Source of the DNA: Candidatus Obscuribacterales bacterium
GTDB lineage: Bacteria > Cyanobacteriota > Vampirovibrionia > Obscuribacterales > Obscuribacteraceae
Length of the DNA stretch: 64,000 nucleotides
Assembly: GCA_965228855.1 (NCBI GenBank)
Contig: CBDDIJ010000004.1
Coordinates: 64,001 to 128,000, forward strand
Direction of reading: 5' to 3'
The position numbers and the translations under genes are program-made. The notes under the pieces were generated by a model that was not told the DNA's origin, ran no database searches, and worked only from the letters and a program-made list of their open reading frames with translations. Every line of letters begins with the position of its first letter. The first letter of the stretch is position 1. This document shows positions 51,603 to 61,943 of this stretch, piece by piece.

Positions 51603-52181
51603 TCATGCGGACCGCGTCCGAGCGCTTGTCGCCGCACGCGGACGGTTCTGAACGTTCCATTTGCCGTGCAAGCGAGGCAGTGAGAAGAGGTCCAGCTGGC
51701 CGGCAGCGGACGCTGCGTCCGGCAAGGAGAAGCCGTCCCTGATGACGACGAGATGTGGATTCAGATGGAGCACCAATGCGTCAGTCTCAACGACTGAGGT
51801 CCCGTCGTCGAGGAGGAACCATTTCCCGTGAGGGGCGAGAGCCACACGGCGTCCCCATAACCCGATGAAGGAGGTGGTGCGCAGGTGGTTGCGCAGGTCG
51901 GTCAGTGTCGCGCTGTATGCTTCAAGCTCCACGGCTAGGCGTTCGCGAAGCAACACCGCCAGCCGCAGAACCAAGATTGTTTGCCAGGTGAACTTTGCCG
52001 GCGAGCCTTTCCGCTTGGGTCGAACGTCGGCCGGGATGAGCACACGACGACTGGTCCATTCCCGGAGTTTGTCCGTGGAGATCCCAGTCAGTTGAGATGC
52101 GACAGGCGTCGGTACAAGGTTCAGGAGCGGCTCCCGCAAGGTCGGGGACAATACCCGATTTTCTGCAAGAACGGGTATCAT
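51603..52181 (-). CDS. MerR-like HTH protein
   Basis: TPVASQLTGISTDKLREWT. Confidence 0.6.
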   Translation of the reverse strand: MIPVLAENRVLSPTLREPLLNLVPTPVASQLTGISTDKLREWTSRRVLIPADVRPKRKGSPAKFTWQTILVLRLAVLLRERLAVELEAYSATLTDLRNHLRTTSFIGLWGRRVALAPHGKWFLLDDGTSVVETDALVLHLNPHLVVIRDGFSLPDAASAAGQLDLFSLPRLHGKWNVQNRPRAATSARTRSA

Positions 52182-52437
52182 GCCCGACCTCGCGCGTAAA
52201 GGATTCCGGCTGTTGGCACGATACTCAACCCGATGTCGGATCGATGCGACTGGTCACCGGGCTGTTCAGGAATGAGCAGGCGGCAAGCTCGTCGTCATGA
52301 CGATTATCGGGAAGAGCATCGCGTAAGCTGATCGTGTTCTGCCATGAGGAACATCAGGTAGCGGCGTCAACGCCTGACAGCGCTCATCGCCCAACGCTTG
52401 CTCCTCAGCCCACACCGAATATAGCCTCCGAGCTATG

Positions 52438-52731
52438 TTAGTCGACCGGAAGGATACGTGGTGCCTCGGGTGAAGCGGTTGTGGAGCGTCGGCAACTCTC
52501 AGCCCACAAGTCGAGGTCGGCAACCGCGTATCTGACATAGCGCCCGAACTTGTAGAATGTCGGTCCAGTGTCGAGGGACCGGTAGCATTCGAGAGTGTGT
52601 GCATCGAGCGCCAGGTATCTCGCAGCTGCCTCGGTATCGACGAAGCGGACTGGCCCGGCTTTATCGACGAGAACTGCGCGGGTCAGGATAGACGCAGACG
52701 GCCACCGAGCCCGCTGGTCAGTTCGCGGCAT
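52438..52731 (-). CDS. Excisionase-like HTH protein
   Basis: DTEAAARYL..TLECYR..GPTFYKFGRYVRY; overlaps the integrase end. Confidence 0.75.
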   Translation of the reverse strand: MPRTDQRARWPSASILTRAVLVDKAGPVRFVDTEAAARYLALDAHTLECYRSLDTGPTFYKFGRYVRYAVADLDLWAESCRRSTTASPEAPRILPVD

Positions 52732-54166
52732 CTTGGTGCTCCATACGAACTGGGGTCGCTCCCCGCTGTTCGGCATGTCGCGTGCCGGGAGGCACCGGCC
52801 GATTGGATCCAGCGCGATGGCGGAATGGACGGTAGTTGCCCGCCTTAGTACGCGAGGCATACTTCCGATCCTCGAAGCCCGGTGGCGGTGCGACCGGTGC
52901 CGATTGTGCCACCGGCATCCGGGTTTTGTGACCGCTGATTTCCGCTTCCGCTACGACGTCGGTGACGGCAACCTGTTTGGGGTCTGCATTTCCGGGTGCG
53001 ACGACGTTGCGTCGACGGGCCGCCACAAGGTCTGCGGCCACGCGCATCGGATCGTCTTCGGTGTGGATGTACCGCATGAACATCGTCACCGTCTTGTGGG
53101 CAGTGAGGGCCATTCCGACCTTGAGCGGAATGCCGGAGTTGGCGATGTCGGTCGCAGCGCGATGGCGGATGCCGTGCGTGCCGACATGAGGCACTCCCGC
53201 TCGCTCCAGAATGCGGCACCACCCATGATGGTATGTATTGTCGGTCATGCGTTTCGTGGGGTCAAAGATCGAAGGGCAGACGAACGGCGAGCCTTCAAAG
53301 CGAGGAGCCTCGCTGAGGAGACGGTGTGCCTCGTCGCTGAGCGGCTTGGTCATTCCGCCGGTCTTGCTGTCAGGCCAGGTGACACGTCGCTTTTCGAAGT
53401 CGACCCAGACCCATTCAAGCGTAAGCACCTCGGACATACGAGCGGCGAACTCGAATTGGAGCCGAATGGCCAAGGTGATGAAGGGATGCTCCAGCCCTTC
53501 GCGGTCAGCTTCGTCGAGATAGGCGAAGAGCTTTCGCATCTCGTCGTCGGTAATGAAGCGGGTTGATCCCTTCTCAGGATACTTCTGGACATGCCGGCAG
53601 GGATTGGAGCCATCCGGGCGATACCCCCAGAGTTCTGCGAGGTTGAACATCTTTCGCACGCAGGCAAGCGTCCGATTGGCGATGATCGGCCGATCTGCCA
53701 TGGCGGTCATCATCGCCGAAATGTCGGCACGTGCGACCTCATGAACCTTCATGCGGCCGAGGCGCGGAAGAACATGGTTCTTGATGTTCTGCTCGTTGGT
53801 CTCGACCGTGCGTGGCTTGTTGTGAAGCTTCGAGTGATCTTCGATGAACCGCCCGCAAAGCTCCTTTACGGTGGGGGCGGCGCGTGCTGCTGCCTTCTCA
53901 GCGCTCGGGTCCTTTCCTTGCCGGACGTCGGCAAGCCAATCCTGTGCGATCTTGCGCGCAAGTTCGACGGTCAATTCACCGAAGCGACCAATCGCGGGTT
54001 TGCGACGGATACCGGAGTTGGTGAGGTACTGGAGCATGAAGATCTTCCGCCCCGACGGCGTGACTTTGAGGAGGAAGCCCGGTACGGTCGTGTCGCGGAG
54101 TTCGTATTCGCGCTCCTTCGGGGTTGCGGCGTCGACTGCCGTCTTGGTCAGCTTGAGTTTGGTCAT
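52718..54166 (-). CDS. Tyrosine recombinase/integrase with arm-binding N-terminal domain
   Basis: ARMSE, HGIRH, H..MRY catalytic residues. Confidence 0.93.
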   Translation of the reverse strand: MTKLKLTKTAVDAATPKEREYELRDTTVPGFLLKVTPSGRKIFMLQYLTNSGIRRKPAIGRFGELTVELARKIAQDWLADVRQGKDPSAEKAAARAAPTVKELCGRFIEDHSKLHNKPRTVETNEQNIKNHVLPRLGRMKVHEVARADISAMMTAMADRPIIANRTLACVRKMFNLAELWGYRPDGSNPCRHVQKYPEKGSTRFITDDEMRKLFAYLDEADREGLEHPFITLAIRLQFEFAARMSEVLTLEWVWVDFEKRRVTWPDSKTGGMTKPLSDEAHRLLSEAPRFEGSPFVCPSIFDPTKRMTDNTYHHGWCRILERAGVPHVGTHGIRHRAATDIANSGIPLKVGMALTAHKTVTMFMRYIHTEDDPMRVAADLVAARRRNVVAPGNADPKQVAVTDVVAEAEISGHKTRMPVAQSAPVAPPPGFEDRKYASRTKAGNYRPFRHRAGSNRPVPPGTRHAEQRGATPVRMEHQDAAN

Positions 54167-54501
54167 TGTTCGTCTCCGAATTCAAAAAACTAGGAGCCGA
54201 ATAGGGGCACTCAGGCTCCTAGCTCCCGGCTACAACCGCGTGCTAGGGAGAACCTCGAGTGGTTGACGACGCAAGCTAAGTCTTTGTATCGTCGTACTGT
54301 TTCGGGGTATTACCTACAATCGGCGGGGACCAGCATAGACGCAAAGGCCCCGCTCAAAATCCGGTTGCCTCTACCCTCCACACGCAGCGCAATATCGATG
54401 TGGGTCAAGTAGTTAGGAGAGTTGCGCTTCTCAATTTGTGATCGTTCGGATTTTGCCTAGGTGCAAAATGAGAGCGCTCAGAGACAGTGAGTTAGCACTG
54501 T

Positions 54502-54586
54502 GCGGGTGTGGTGAAACTGGTAGACGCGCTGGATTCAAAATCCAGTTCCGAAAGGAGTGTCGGTTCGAGCCCGACCACCCGCACCA
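54502..54586 (+). tRNA. tRNA-Leu (CAA)
   Basis: GCGGGTG/CACCCGC acceptor stem, CTGGA-TTCAAAA-TCCAG anticodon arm, long variable arm, GTTCGAG T-loop, encoded CCA. Confidence 0.96.
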
Positions 54587-54639
54587 TCTCATCAAACTAC
54601 CAATCGGGTAGGAGCTCGGACTCTCACCGGTGCCGTCAT

Positions 54640-54800
54640 TTCCACGGCGCGGCGTTGGACGATGCTGTCGCGTTTGGACAGTGGCAGGGCGCGCGCCTGC
54701 TGGTTGAACGCGGAGTGCTGACTGCGCCGTGGCATTCGGCAGCTCTCGGTCTGCTGGGGCGGTTGGAGGCATATTTCGCCGACGCCAATCCGTTGCCCGC
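54640..54800 (+). pseudogene. Ankyrin-repeat gene remnant
   Basis: LDDAVAFGQWQGARLLVERG..WHSAALG with no credible start. Confidence 0.45.
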
Positions 54801-55057
54801 CTGGCATCCGAGGGGAGCGCCAATACGAGGCCCGTGAGTAAGGTCACGATTGCTTTCTGGTGTGTGTGTCATGGCGGATAGCGCGCGGCGGCCGAGTATC
54901 TCCTTGGACGCGGCGCTGACTTGGATGTCACCTTGAAATGGTCTGTCCCCACCGGATGCAGCCGCCCGTAGCGGCGCGGATGACATTGTGGCAAGTCTCA
55001 AATGACTTGGGGCAGGGTCGGCGCGAGAATGATGCCCGACTTCCTTCACCGAAGCCG

Positions 55058-55474
55058 CTAGGACGCGAGCGCTTCGAGCACCGGGCAATCGGGAACCGCC
55101 TCGCCCGAGCATTGTGCGGCAGTCTCGGCGAGCACGCGCTCGATGCGCCTGAGGTCGGCGATCTTGCCGCGCACGTCCTTGAGGTGCAGTTCCGTCCGCT
55201 GCTTCACCTCTGCGCAAGTCTGCCGCTCGGTATCGACCAAAGCCAGCAATCCCCTGATCTCCGCGATATCGAAACCGAGCTCCCGTGCTCTCAGGATGAA
55301 GCGAAGCCGCTGGACATGAGTGTCGTCGTAGGCGCGGTAGCCATTGGCGCGGCGCGGGGGCTCAGGCAACAGATCGATCTTCTCGTAATACCTGACGGTC
55401 TCGAGGTTGCAGCCCGTTCGGGCCGCGAGTTCGCCGCGCCTGAGGTTTGTCGCAAAATCGTGATCGGCGCGCAT
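55058..55474 (-). CDS. merR: Hg(II)-responsive MerR-family regulator
   Basis: ETVRYYE HTH; Cys pattern TC..QC..DCP; divergent from merT. Confidence 0.85.
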   Translation of the reverse strand: MRADHDFATNLRRGELAARTGCNLETVRYYEKIDLLPEPPRRANGYRAYDDTHVQRLRFILRARELGFDIAEIRGLLALVDTERQTCAEVKQRTELHLKDVRGKIADLRRIERVLAETAAQCSGEAVPDCPVLEALAS

Positions 55475-55485
55475 TCAGACACCCC

Positions 55486-55516
55486 TTGAGCCTGTAGTTG
55501 CTACAGAGACTATCGT
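55486..55516 (+). promoter_or_regulatory. MerR-type promoter/operator
   Basis: TTGAGC-N19-TATCGT with dyad CTGTAG-TTG-CTACAG. Confidence 0.85.
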
Positions 55517-55545
55517 GTGCCTCATCGGAAATCGATGGGCACCAT

Positions 55546-55950
55546 ATGCAGACCGCATCAAATGACCTTGAAGGCGCCGCCGCCGAGCATGCGACGCCAC
55601 GCGCGAGACGGACTCTTCTGGCTGCGGGCGGCATCGTCGGCGCCATCCTGGCGTCGGCCTGCTGCATCCTGCCACTAGTGCTCGTCACTCTCGGAGTCTC
55701 GGGCGCGTGGATCGGCAGCCTGACGATGCTCGAGCCCTTCAAACCCTATATCGCGGTCGTGACCCTCGGGTTGATCGGCGGCGGCTTTTGGCACGTGTAC
55801 GTCAGAAAGCCCGCTGCCGTCGTCTGCGGGCCCGACGGCTATTGCGCTCGTCCCGAGTCCACGGTCATCACTCAGGTGGTGCTCTGGATTGCGACAGCAC
55901 TCGTGCTTCTCGCGCTCACCATCGGCTGGTGGGCTCCGTTCCTCTACTGA
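55546..55950 (+). CDS. merT: Mercuric transport protein MerT
   Basis: [23 protein letters not shown]; three TM segments. Confidence 0.88.
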   Translation: MQTASNDLEGAAAEHATPRARRTLLAAGGIVGAILASACCILPLVLVTLGVSGAWIGSLTMLEPFKPYIAVVTLGLIGGGFWHVYVRKPAAVVCGPDGYCARPESTVITQVVLWIATALVLLALTIGWWAPFLY

Positions 55951-55962
55951 AAGTCGGAAGAT

Positions 55963-56283
55963 ATGAAACGCGCAACCCTCGTCCTCGCCGCCATGATTGC
56001 CATGGGAGGATCGTTCACAGCACTTACGACTGTCCCCGCCGCGCTCGCACAGTCGGAAGCAGCGACACAGACGACTGTGTTCGCCGTCGAGAACATGTAC
56101 TGCGAGTTGTGTCCGCTCGCCGTGAAGACCGCGATGGAACGTGTACCCGGCGTCACGCTTGTTGTTGTCGACTTCGACGACAAGACCGCGACCGTAACCT
56201 TCGACCCTGCGATTGCGACCATGGAGGCAATCGCCGCCGCATCGACGAACCTCGGCTATCCTGCTCACGTCTCGGGTGCTTGA
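55963..56283 (+). CDS. merP: Periplasmic mercury-binding protein MerP
   Basis: Signal peptide, MYCELCP HMA motif, GYP. Confidence 0.85.
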   Translation: MKRATLVLAAMIAMGGSFTALTTVPAALAQSEAATQTTVFAVENMYCELCPLAVKTAMERVPGVTLVVVDFDDKTATVTFDPAIATMEAIAAASTNLGYPAHVSGA

Positions 56284-56336
56284 CCCTTCACCCGGTCGCC
56301 ACCTCTTCGATAGCGCCGACAACATTAGGGGCTGCA

Positions 56337-57779
56337 ATGAACGAACACGACCACTTCGACCTCGTCATCCTGGGGTCAGGATCGACGGCTTTCGCGGCCG
56401 CATTGCGCGCCCAGGAGATGGGCAAGACGTCGGTGATGATTGAGCACCGGGCCATTGGAGGCACGTGTGTCAACCGGGGCTGCCTGCCGTCCAAGAACCT
56501 CATCGATGCGGCACTGCTCGTTCATGAGTCCCGCAACCCGCGCTACTCCGGTCTCACGACGGACGGCCAGGGGCTGCGCGTCGACTTCCGGGAGCTGATT
56601 TCGCAGAAGGACGAAGTCATCCTCGACTACCGCAAGAAGAAGTACGACGGCCTGCTGGGCGGTCGGTTCAGCGTTGTGGAGGGCACCGCTCGGCTTGTCG
56701 ACGCTCAGACGGTCGAAGTTGATGGCCGGCGTCTCAGCGGCGAGCGTATCCTGATCGCCACCGGCTCGCGTCCATCCATCCCTGACATTGAAGGACTCGA
56801 CGCCGTCCCCTATCTCACCAGCGACCTGCTGACCCATGGCGAGGGCCAGGAGTTGGCTGACCTGCCTCCGTCACTGCTGATCGTCGGCGGCGGCTACATC
56901 GCGCTCGAACTGGGCCAGATGTTTGCGCGCTTCGGCACCAGGGTGACGATTGTCAGCCGCAACAGCCAGCTTCTCGCCCATGGCTACGAGCCGGAGGTGG
57001 GCCGTGAGATCGGCAAGGCCTTCGCCGACGAAGGCATCGCCGTTCTCAATGAGGCCACCGTTCAAAGGGTGCGCGCGGTCGAGGTGGGCATCTCCGCTGA
57101 GGTTCGGATCGGCGGCGGCATCCAAGTGTTAGAGGCAAGCCACTTGCTGATCGCGACCGGGCGACGGCCCAACAGCGATGACATCGGGCTTGAGGCCGCC
57201 GGTGTCAGGGTCAACAAGCGCGGCGAAGTCGAAGTCGACGCGGAGCTCCGCACGCCGGTGGCTCATATCTTCGCGGCGGGCGATGTGATCGGTGCCCAGC
57301 ACGGAAGCCAGATGGCGACGCCGGTCGGCGCTCGCCAGGGGATCATCGCAGCCCACAACGCGTTGTCGGTGGAACCGCCGCGGCGGTTCGATGATCGCGT
57401 CATCCCGCGCGCCATCTTCACCGATCCGCCGGTCGGGACCGTCGGCATGACGGAAGCCGAAGCGGTAGCAGCTGGACATCGCTGCTGGTGTCGGCCGCTG
57501 CCGATGAGCCTCGTTCCGCGCGCCGGCGCCACCCGCGACACGCGTGGCGTCATCAGGATGGTCGCCGATGCCGACACCAACGAGGTGCTCGGTGTCTCGA
57601 TGGTGGGTGCGGCGGCCCATGAGGTGATTCATGAGGCTGCGATGGCAATGCGCTTCCGTGCCAAACTAACCGATTTCGTCGACCTCTTGCACGTCTATCC
57701 AACGATGGCCGAGGCACTCAAGATCGCCGCGATCGCCCGGACCAAGAACCCGGCCAAACTTTCATGCTGTGCGGAGTGA
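56337..57779 (+). CDS. merA: Mercuric reductase lacking the NmerA domain
   Basis: [22 protein letters not shown]-terminal SCCAE. Confidence 0.92.
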   Translation: MNEHDHFDLVILGSGSTAFAAALRAQEMGKTSVMIEHRAIGGTCVNRGCLPSKNLIDAALLVHESRNPRYSGLTTDGQGLRVDFRELISQKDEVILDYRKKKYDGLLGGRFSVVEGTARLVDAQTVEVDGRRLSGERILIATGSRPSIPDIEGLDAVPYLTSDLLTHGEGQELADLPPSLLIVGGGYIALELGQMFARFGTRVTIVSRNSQLLAHGYEPEVGREIGKAFADEGIAVLNEATVQRVRAVEVGISAEVRIGGGIQVLEASHLLIATGRRPNSDDIGLEAAGVRVNKRGEVEVDAELRTPVAHIFAAGDVIGAQHGSQMATPVGARQGIIAAHNALSVEPPRRFDDRVIPRAIFTDPPVGTVGMTEAEAVAAGHRCWCRPLPMSLVPRAGATRDTRGVIRMVADADTNEVLGVSMVGAAAHEVIHEAAMAMRFRAKLTDFVDLLHVYPTMAEALKIAAIARTKNPAKLSCCAE

Positions 57780-57784
57780 GGACG

Positions 57785-58534
57785 ATGACTGATGCAGGCG
57801 GTAGCCCGGTGGAACTTCGGCCGGGGGTGTTTCGCCCAGATTGGTCAGCCGCCAAAAGTGCGGCAGCAAGGCGCGCACTCGAGGAACGCGCCGACGCTCG
57901 CGAGGGGCTATTGGACAAGTGGGCGCATGCTCTCGACCCCGAGACAGACCGAGTGTGGCGCTTGACGCTCCAACTGTACGGGAGTGCAGGGCTGCCGCCC
58001 TCGCCGGGCGAGATCGCCGCTCAAGCTGAAGTTCCAGAGCGGGTGGTCAAGGACGCGCTACTCGTTCTGCAGAGTCACGACCTCCTGAAGCTGCGGAACG
58101 ATGGGAGCATCCTCTATGCCTACCCATTCACGCAGGAATATTCGGGCCACACGATCGTCCTGGGCAACCACGAGCTAGAGTCCCTGTGCGCGATCGACGC
58201 GCTCGGGACGGGCGCGATGTTCGGTGCTGACGTCAAGGTGGGTTCTTCGTGCCCGGTGTGCGACGGACCGGTCAATGTCTCCACCAGTGACCGCGGCACA
58301 TCGATCGGCGAGGTCAGTCCTACCGACGCAGTCGTCTGGTATGAGTGCTCCTATGGCGAAAGCGCGGCCTCGTCATGCTGTCCCTCGATTGCCTTCTTCT
58401 GCTCGCGTGACCACCTCCAGGTTTGGCTGGCGCAGAACCCGGATGCGAACGGAATGCAACTCGCAGTCGATGAAGCCCTGGAGGTTGGCAGGGCGATCTT
58501 TGGCCCAGTGCTACAGACGAGCAACAGCATCTAA
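57785..58534 (+). CDS. merB: Organomercurial lyase MerB
   Basis: AYPF, LCAIDALG (Cys/Asp), SCCPSIAFF. Confidence 0.82.
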   Translation: MTDAGGSPVELRPGVFRPDWSAAKSAAARRALEERADAREGLLDKWAHALDPETDRVWRLTLQLYGSAGLPPSPGEIAAQAEVPERVVKDALLVLQSHDLLKLRNDGSILYAYPFTQEYSGHTIVLGNHELESLCAIDALGTGAMFGADVKVGSSCPVCDGPVNVSTSDRGTSIGEVSPTDAVVWYECSYGESAASSCCPSIAFFCSRDHLQVWLAQNPDANGMQLAVDEALEVGRAIFGPVLQTSNSI

Positions 58535-58656
58535 CGGCAGCGAGGGCGAGCCGTACGGAGCCGCGCAACTGGGATCTGGACCAGCCACGGCGGACCTCCC
58601 CAGGTTAGTTGCCCTGATATGCCAGTGATGACGCGGGAAACACTCGGGAATTCGGA

Positions 58657-59079
58657 ATGCCGCAGCCGCCAAAGTCCGACATCCTCATGCGACTGGTGAT
58701 CAGGGACCCTGTGCCGGGTGTCGTGCATAGCTTGCAGGACAGGGACGGCACGCCGGTCGACGCGAAGTGCTCGGCGTCAGGTGAGCCGATTTTGTTCGAG
58801 TTCCCGGTCCGTGTTTCGCCCGGCCCGAAATTCTATGGCGAACAGGTCCGCAACGGCGGCGCAGAACGTCGCTTCGTCTACATCGCGGTGGGCAGACAGG
58901 CTGGCGATCCAGCGTCATGTTGGGATCGACGCATGAAGATCGATATTCACACCATCCCGCAAGGCCTGGTTGAGGATGCGACCGATCGGAAGTTGCTTGA
59001 AGGCGTCGTTGGCGGAACTGGTGCGGACGGTAGCCCGGCCTGCGCCACAGTCCCGGTCCGGTCGTGGCGCACCGTTTAG
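58657..59079 (+). CDS. DUF5990-like hypothetical protein
   Basis: RRFVYI..G..WDRRMKI..GSPACAT. Confidence 0.6.
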   Translation: MPQPPKSDILMRLVIRDPVPGVVHSLQDRDGTPVDAKCSASGEPILFEFPVRVSPGPKFYGEQVRNGGAERRFVYIAVGRQAGDPASCWDRRMKIDIHTIPQGLVEDATDRKLLEGVVGGTGADGSPACATVPVRSWRTV

Positions 59080-59212
59080 TGGGGCTGAACGTGTCTGGAT
59101 ACGCGGGAAGGGAGCCACGCGGAACGCGCCAACGGCAATCGGTTTTCCCCACCTCGGCAGCCGACCAATTGGGATGCCGTTGACCGTTCGCGCTCAGGCT
59201 CGGAACGGCCGA

Positions 59213-59608
59213 CTAATCGGGGGCATCGTGGCAATTCGGGTCCCATTGGCATTTGCCCGACTGACAGTCGGCAATGACCTTCCGAATGCTGCTGCGGACT
59301 CGTTTGAGATCATCGATGCGACGTTCGACACGTTCGAGGACAGCGGTGAGCTTTGCCTGACCGTGGCGTTTGCTCATCATCCCAGCGTCGATCTGGCCCA
59401 GGGTCAGGGCAATCTCATCAAGACTGAATCCAAGTGTCTGCAGGAATTTTGCCATGCGGATCCGCTCCGCGGCGGCCGCCGAGTAAACGCGGTAGCCGGA
59501 GGGCCTGCGGTCGGGCGGCGGCAAAAGCCCCCGCCGCTCGTAAAAGCGGATGGTGTCGACGCTTACCCCGGCTTCGCGGGCCAATTCACCAATCTTTAGC
59601 GCCTGCAC
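59213..59608 (-). CDS. MerR-family regulator
   Basis: IGELAREAGVSVDTIRFYER; C-terminal Cys residues. Confidence 0.88.
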   Translation of the reverse strand: MQALKIGELAREAGVSVDTIRFYERRGLLPPPDRRPSGYRVYSAAAAERIRMAKFLQTLGFSLDEIALTLGQIDAGMMSKRHGQAKLTAVLERVERRIDDLKRVRSSIRKVIADCQSGKCQWDPNCHDAPD

Positions 59609-59617
59609 ATCACACCC

Positions 59618-59649
59618 TTGACTCTAGACCACGGTCCAGAGTCTAGAAA
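59618..59649 (+). promoter_or_regulatory. MerR-type promoter/operator
   Basis: TTGACT -35 with dyad GACTCTAGACC-AC-GGTCCAGAGTC. Confidence 0.75.
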
Positions 59650-59714
59650 GTCTCCCGTCAGGCCACAAGCCCGCATGGGAAAGTGGTCCCAGGCCATTTG
59701 GAAGGGATCAGGAA

Positions 59715-60122
59715 ATGAACGAACTAGCACCGGCAGCCGTGCCACAAATTGCGTGTGATATGACCGCTCTCGACAAGGACCAGCTTGCAAAGCTGGCCGC
59801 CGAAGTGGAGGCGGTCTATCGCAGCACAACCGATCTCCGCGTGCTCAAGGACGGCTTCGCGCTCGGTGTGGCGGATGCCGATTTTGAAACCTTCCGCCGC
59901 ATGGCAGAAGTCGTTGCCTATGACCGGCTGTGCTGCCACTTCATCCACCACGCCATCGTGGCCGAGCCAGAGTCGAAGACGGCGTGGCTCTACTTGAGCG
60001 GCGGCACTGGCGTGAAGGAGTACATCGCCGGGGATTTGCGTAGGGGCTTCCCACCCGAAAGCAGGCTGGGCGGACTCGTCCGCGCTGCCTACGGCGAAGG
60101 ACCAGTCGAGGCGATCGCTTAG
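59715..60122 (+). CDS. Small Cys-Cys protein (IAC...CC.F)
   Basis: [13 protein letters not shown]; downstream of a MerR promoter. Confidence 0.7.
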   Translation: MNELAPAAVPQIACDMTALDKDQLAKLAAEVEAVYRSTTDLRVLKDGFALGVADADFETFRRMAEVVAYDRLCCHFIHHAIVAEPESKTAWLYLSGGTGVKEYIAGDLRRGFPPESRLGGLVRAAYGEGPVEAIA

Positions 60123-60457
60123 CTAGAGCGTGGGGCAAACAGGATGATGGCGGCGGCTGCGAGCGCGAGCAGTCCGCCGCCCATATCCCACAGGTCCGGA
60201 CGGCGCCCTTCCGCCATCCACAGCCATAGCAGCGACGCCACGATGTATACCCCGCCGTAGGCGGCATAAGCGCGGCCGGCGTAGTCGCTTGGTGCCAGAG
60301 TGAGGAGCCAGGCGAAGGCGATGAGCGAGGCCACGCCGGGAACAAGCCACCATATCGAGTGTCCCTGCCGCACCCACATCCAGAATGCGAAGCAACCGGC
60401 GATTTCGGCGACGGCCGCACCGGCGAAGGTCAGGAGAGTGGTCAGGGCTATGGGCAT
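60119..60457 (-). CDS. YnfA/UPF0060 SMR-like membrane protein
   Basis: [19 protein letters not shown]. Confidence 0.88.
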   Translation of the reverse strand: MPIALTTLLTFAGAAVAEIAGCFAFWMWVRQGHSIWWLVPGVASLIAFAWLLTLAPSDYAGRAYAAYGGVYIVASLLWLWMAEGRRPDLWDMGGGLLALAAAAIILFAPRSS

Positions 60458-60495
60458 GGCGACGCTTCCATCAGGGATCGATCCATCAAGGTGGA

Positions 60496-61203
60496 TCATA
60501 TTCGCGTCGTCAGCGTAACCAGCCACTCCGGCATGACTCGCTCGAGCGCAATTTGAACTGGACGGTCGAGACCGCTCAAGATCAAGGCGCCAGCGACAAT
60601 CAGCAGAGCTCCCAAGGCCATTTTGAAACCCGAAGCGGCGCGGCTAAGCCGTCCACGCCACCGGAGCAGCAACTCCCGCGAAAGCACCCCGAGCAGCAAC
60701 AGCGGCAAGCCTGTGCCCAGGCCGAACGCGAGCATGGTCAGCGCGACGAGACCGAGATTCTCGCCACGCGCCGCCATGAGCGAGGCAGCGCCCAGGGTCG
60801 GGCCAACGCAGGGCGTCCACACCGCGCCCATGAGCAGGCCCACCCCGAATTGGCCACCCACGCCGGTTGGGGAAAACCGCCCAAAACGGCTTTGCGTCCA
60901 ATCACCGACCGGACCGGCTGCGACGGCTAGTTGCATCTGGAGGCGGGGCACCAGGAGCACAGTGCCAACAGCGATCAGCAGGATCGCCGCGATCATCCGA
61001 AACACACCGGTATCGAGCCCGACCGAAAAGCCGATCGTGGCCACGAACAGACCAATCGCTGTGAAGGAGATGGCGACACCGGCCGCCAGGGCCACGGGGC
61101 CCAGGCGGTGCTCCGCTACGGCTGCCCCCAGGACCACGGGAATCAGGGGCAGTACACAGGGCGACAAGGTGGAGAGGATGCCGGCGATAAAGGCGAACAG
61201 CAT
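60496..61203 (-). CDS. CcdA/DsbD-like disulfide transporter
   Basis: LSPCVLP, WTPCVGP. Confidence 0.88.
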   Translation of the reverse strand: MLFAFIAGILSTLSPCVLPLIPVVLGAAVAEHRLGPVALAAGVAISFTAIGLFVATIGFSVGLDTGVFRMIAAILLIAVGTVLLVPRLQMQLAVAAGPVGDWTQSRFGRFSPTGVGGQFGVGLLMGAVWTPCVGPTLGAASLMAARGENLGLVALTMLAFGLGTGLPLLLLGVLSRELLLRWRGRLSRAASGFKMALGALLIVAGALILSGLDRPVQIALERVMPEWLVTLTTRI

Positions 61204-61209
61204 GATCGT

Positions 61210-61602
61210 CTAGCACACCTGCCGCAGCAGCATCTCAATCTCGCCGGGATCGGTGATGCCGACCGCGCGATCGACTTCCCGGCCGGCCCGAAACACGATC
61301 ATGCTGCCCTGGAACTGCACCTTGAAAGCGTTCGCCACATCCTTCTGCGTGTCGAAATCCACGTTGAAGATGACGATCTGCGCAAGATCGGGCCTCGCCG
61401 TGAGCTCAGCTACGATCGGGATCTGCACATGGCAGGTTTCGCACCATTCGGCCGTCACGTGAACAAGGATCGGCACGCCGGCAGCCATGGCTTCGTCGAA
61501 CGCCTGCTGGGTAAACGGCACCCGCTCGGATGCCGCCGCAGGGCCGATCAGCAGGAGTGCGAGAATGGCGCCAAGAATCGTGCGGCGAAGGATCTGCATC
61601 AT
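61210..61602 (-). CDS. Exported thioredoxin-family protein
   Basis: Signal peptide, WCETC. Confidence 0.85.
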   Translation of the reverse strand: MMQILRRTILGAILALLLIGPAAASERVPFTQQAFDEAMAAGVPILVHVTAEWCETCHVQIPIVAELTARPDLAQIVIFNVDFDTQKDVANAFKVQFQGSMIVFRAGREVDRAVGITDPGEIEMLLRQVC

Positions 61603-61943
61603 GCGTCCCCCTGCTCGAGAAGCTTCCGCTGGCCGGTGGGCAACTCAACCGTGGCTTCTGATCCGCAGCCGCACCCGCTGTCCTTGACGGTAATCTCTGC
61701 CGGCGCGGCCGGAGCCTGTCTACGACGCGAGAACCAGATGTACCCGCCTGCCGCTGCGACGATTGCGAGAGCAACAGCCACCTGCCCGAGGAACGCCAGG
61801 CTGGCGCCACTCAGAGCGAGCACGCCCACCACCCAAGGCGCGATCAGGGGCGCCACCAGCGGCGCGCAACATGCCGCGCACGCGGCGATAAACAGGCCGC
61901 CGGTTGCGGCCGCGCCCTTCCCCATTTTTCCCGCGTTCTTCAT
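61599..61943 (-). CDS. Small Cys-rich membrane protein
   Basis: ACAACC in the first TM segment, CGC tail. Confidence 0.7.
   Translation of the reverse strand: MKNAGKMGKGAAATGGLFIAACAACCAPLVAPLIAPWVVGVLALSGASLAFLGQVAVALAIVAAAGGYIWFSRRRQAPAAPAEITVKDSGCGCGSEATVELPTGQRKLLEQGDA

Larger units (their letters stand above)
1..54370 (-). mobile_element. Integrative conjugative element (Tn4371/ICEMlSym-like, alphaproteobacterial), partial; left part (T4CP/trb) lies outside the window
   Basis: Gene order integrase-xis-cargo-ardC-radC-parB-DUF736-HTH-DUF2285-rdfS-repA-parA-parG-DUF2840-traF-SLT-relaxase; integrase next to a tRNA. Right boundary approximate. Confidence 0.88.

Noticed and set aside
54431..54847. 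ORFs spanning the tRNA (138 aa minus, 109 aa plus)
   Set aside because: Overlap a canonical tRNA; only the short ankyrin-like remnant looks coding.
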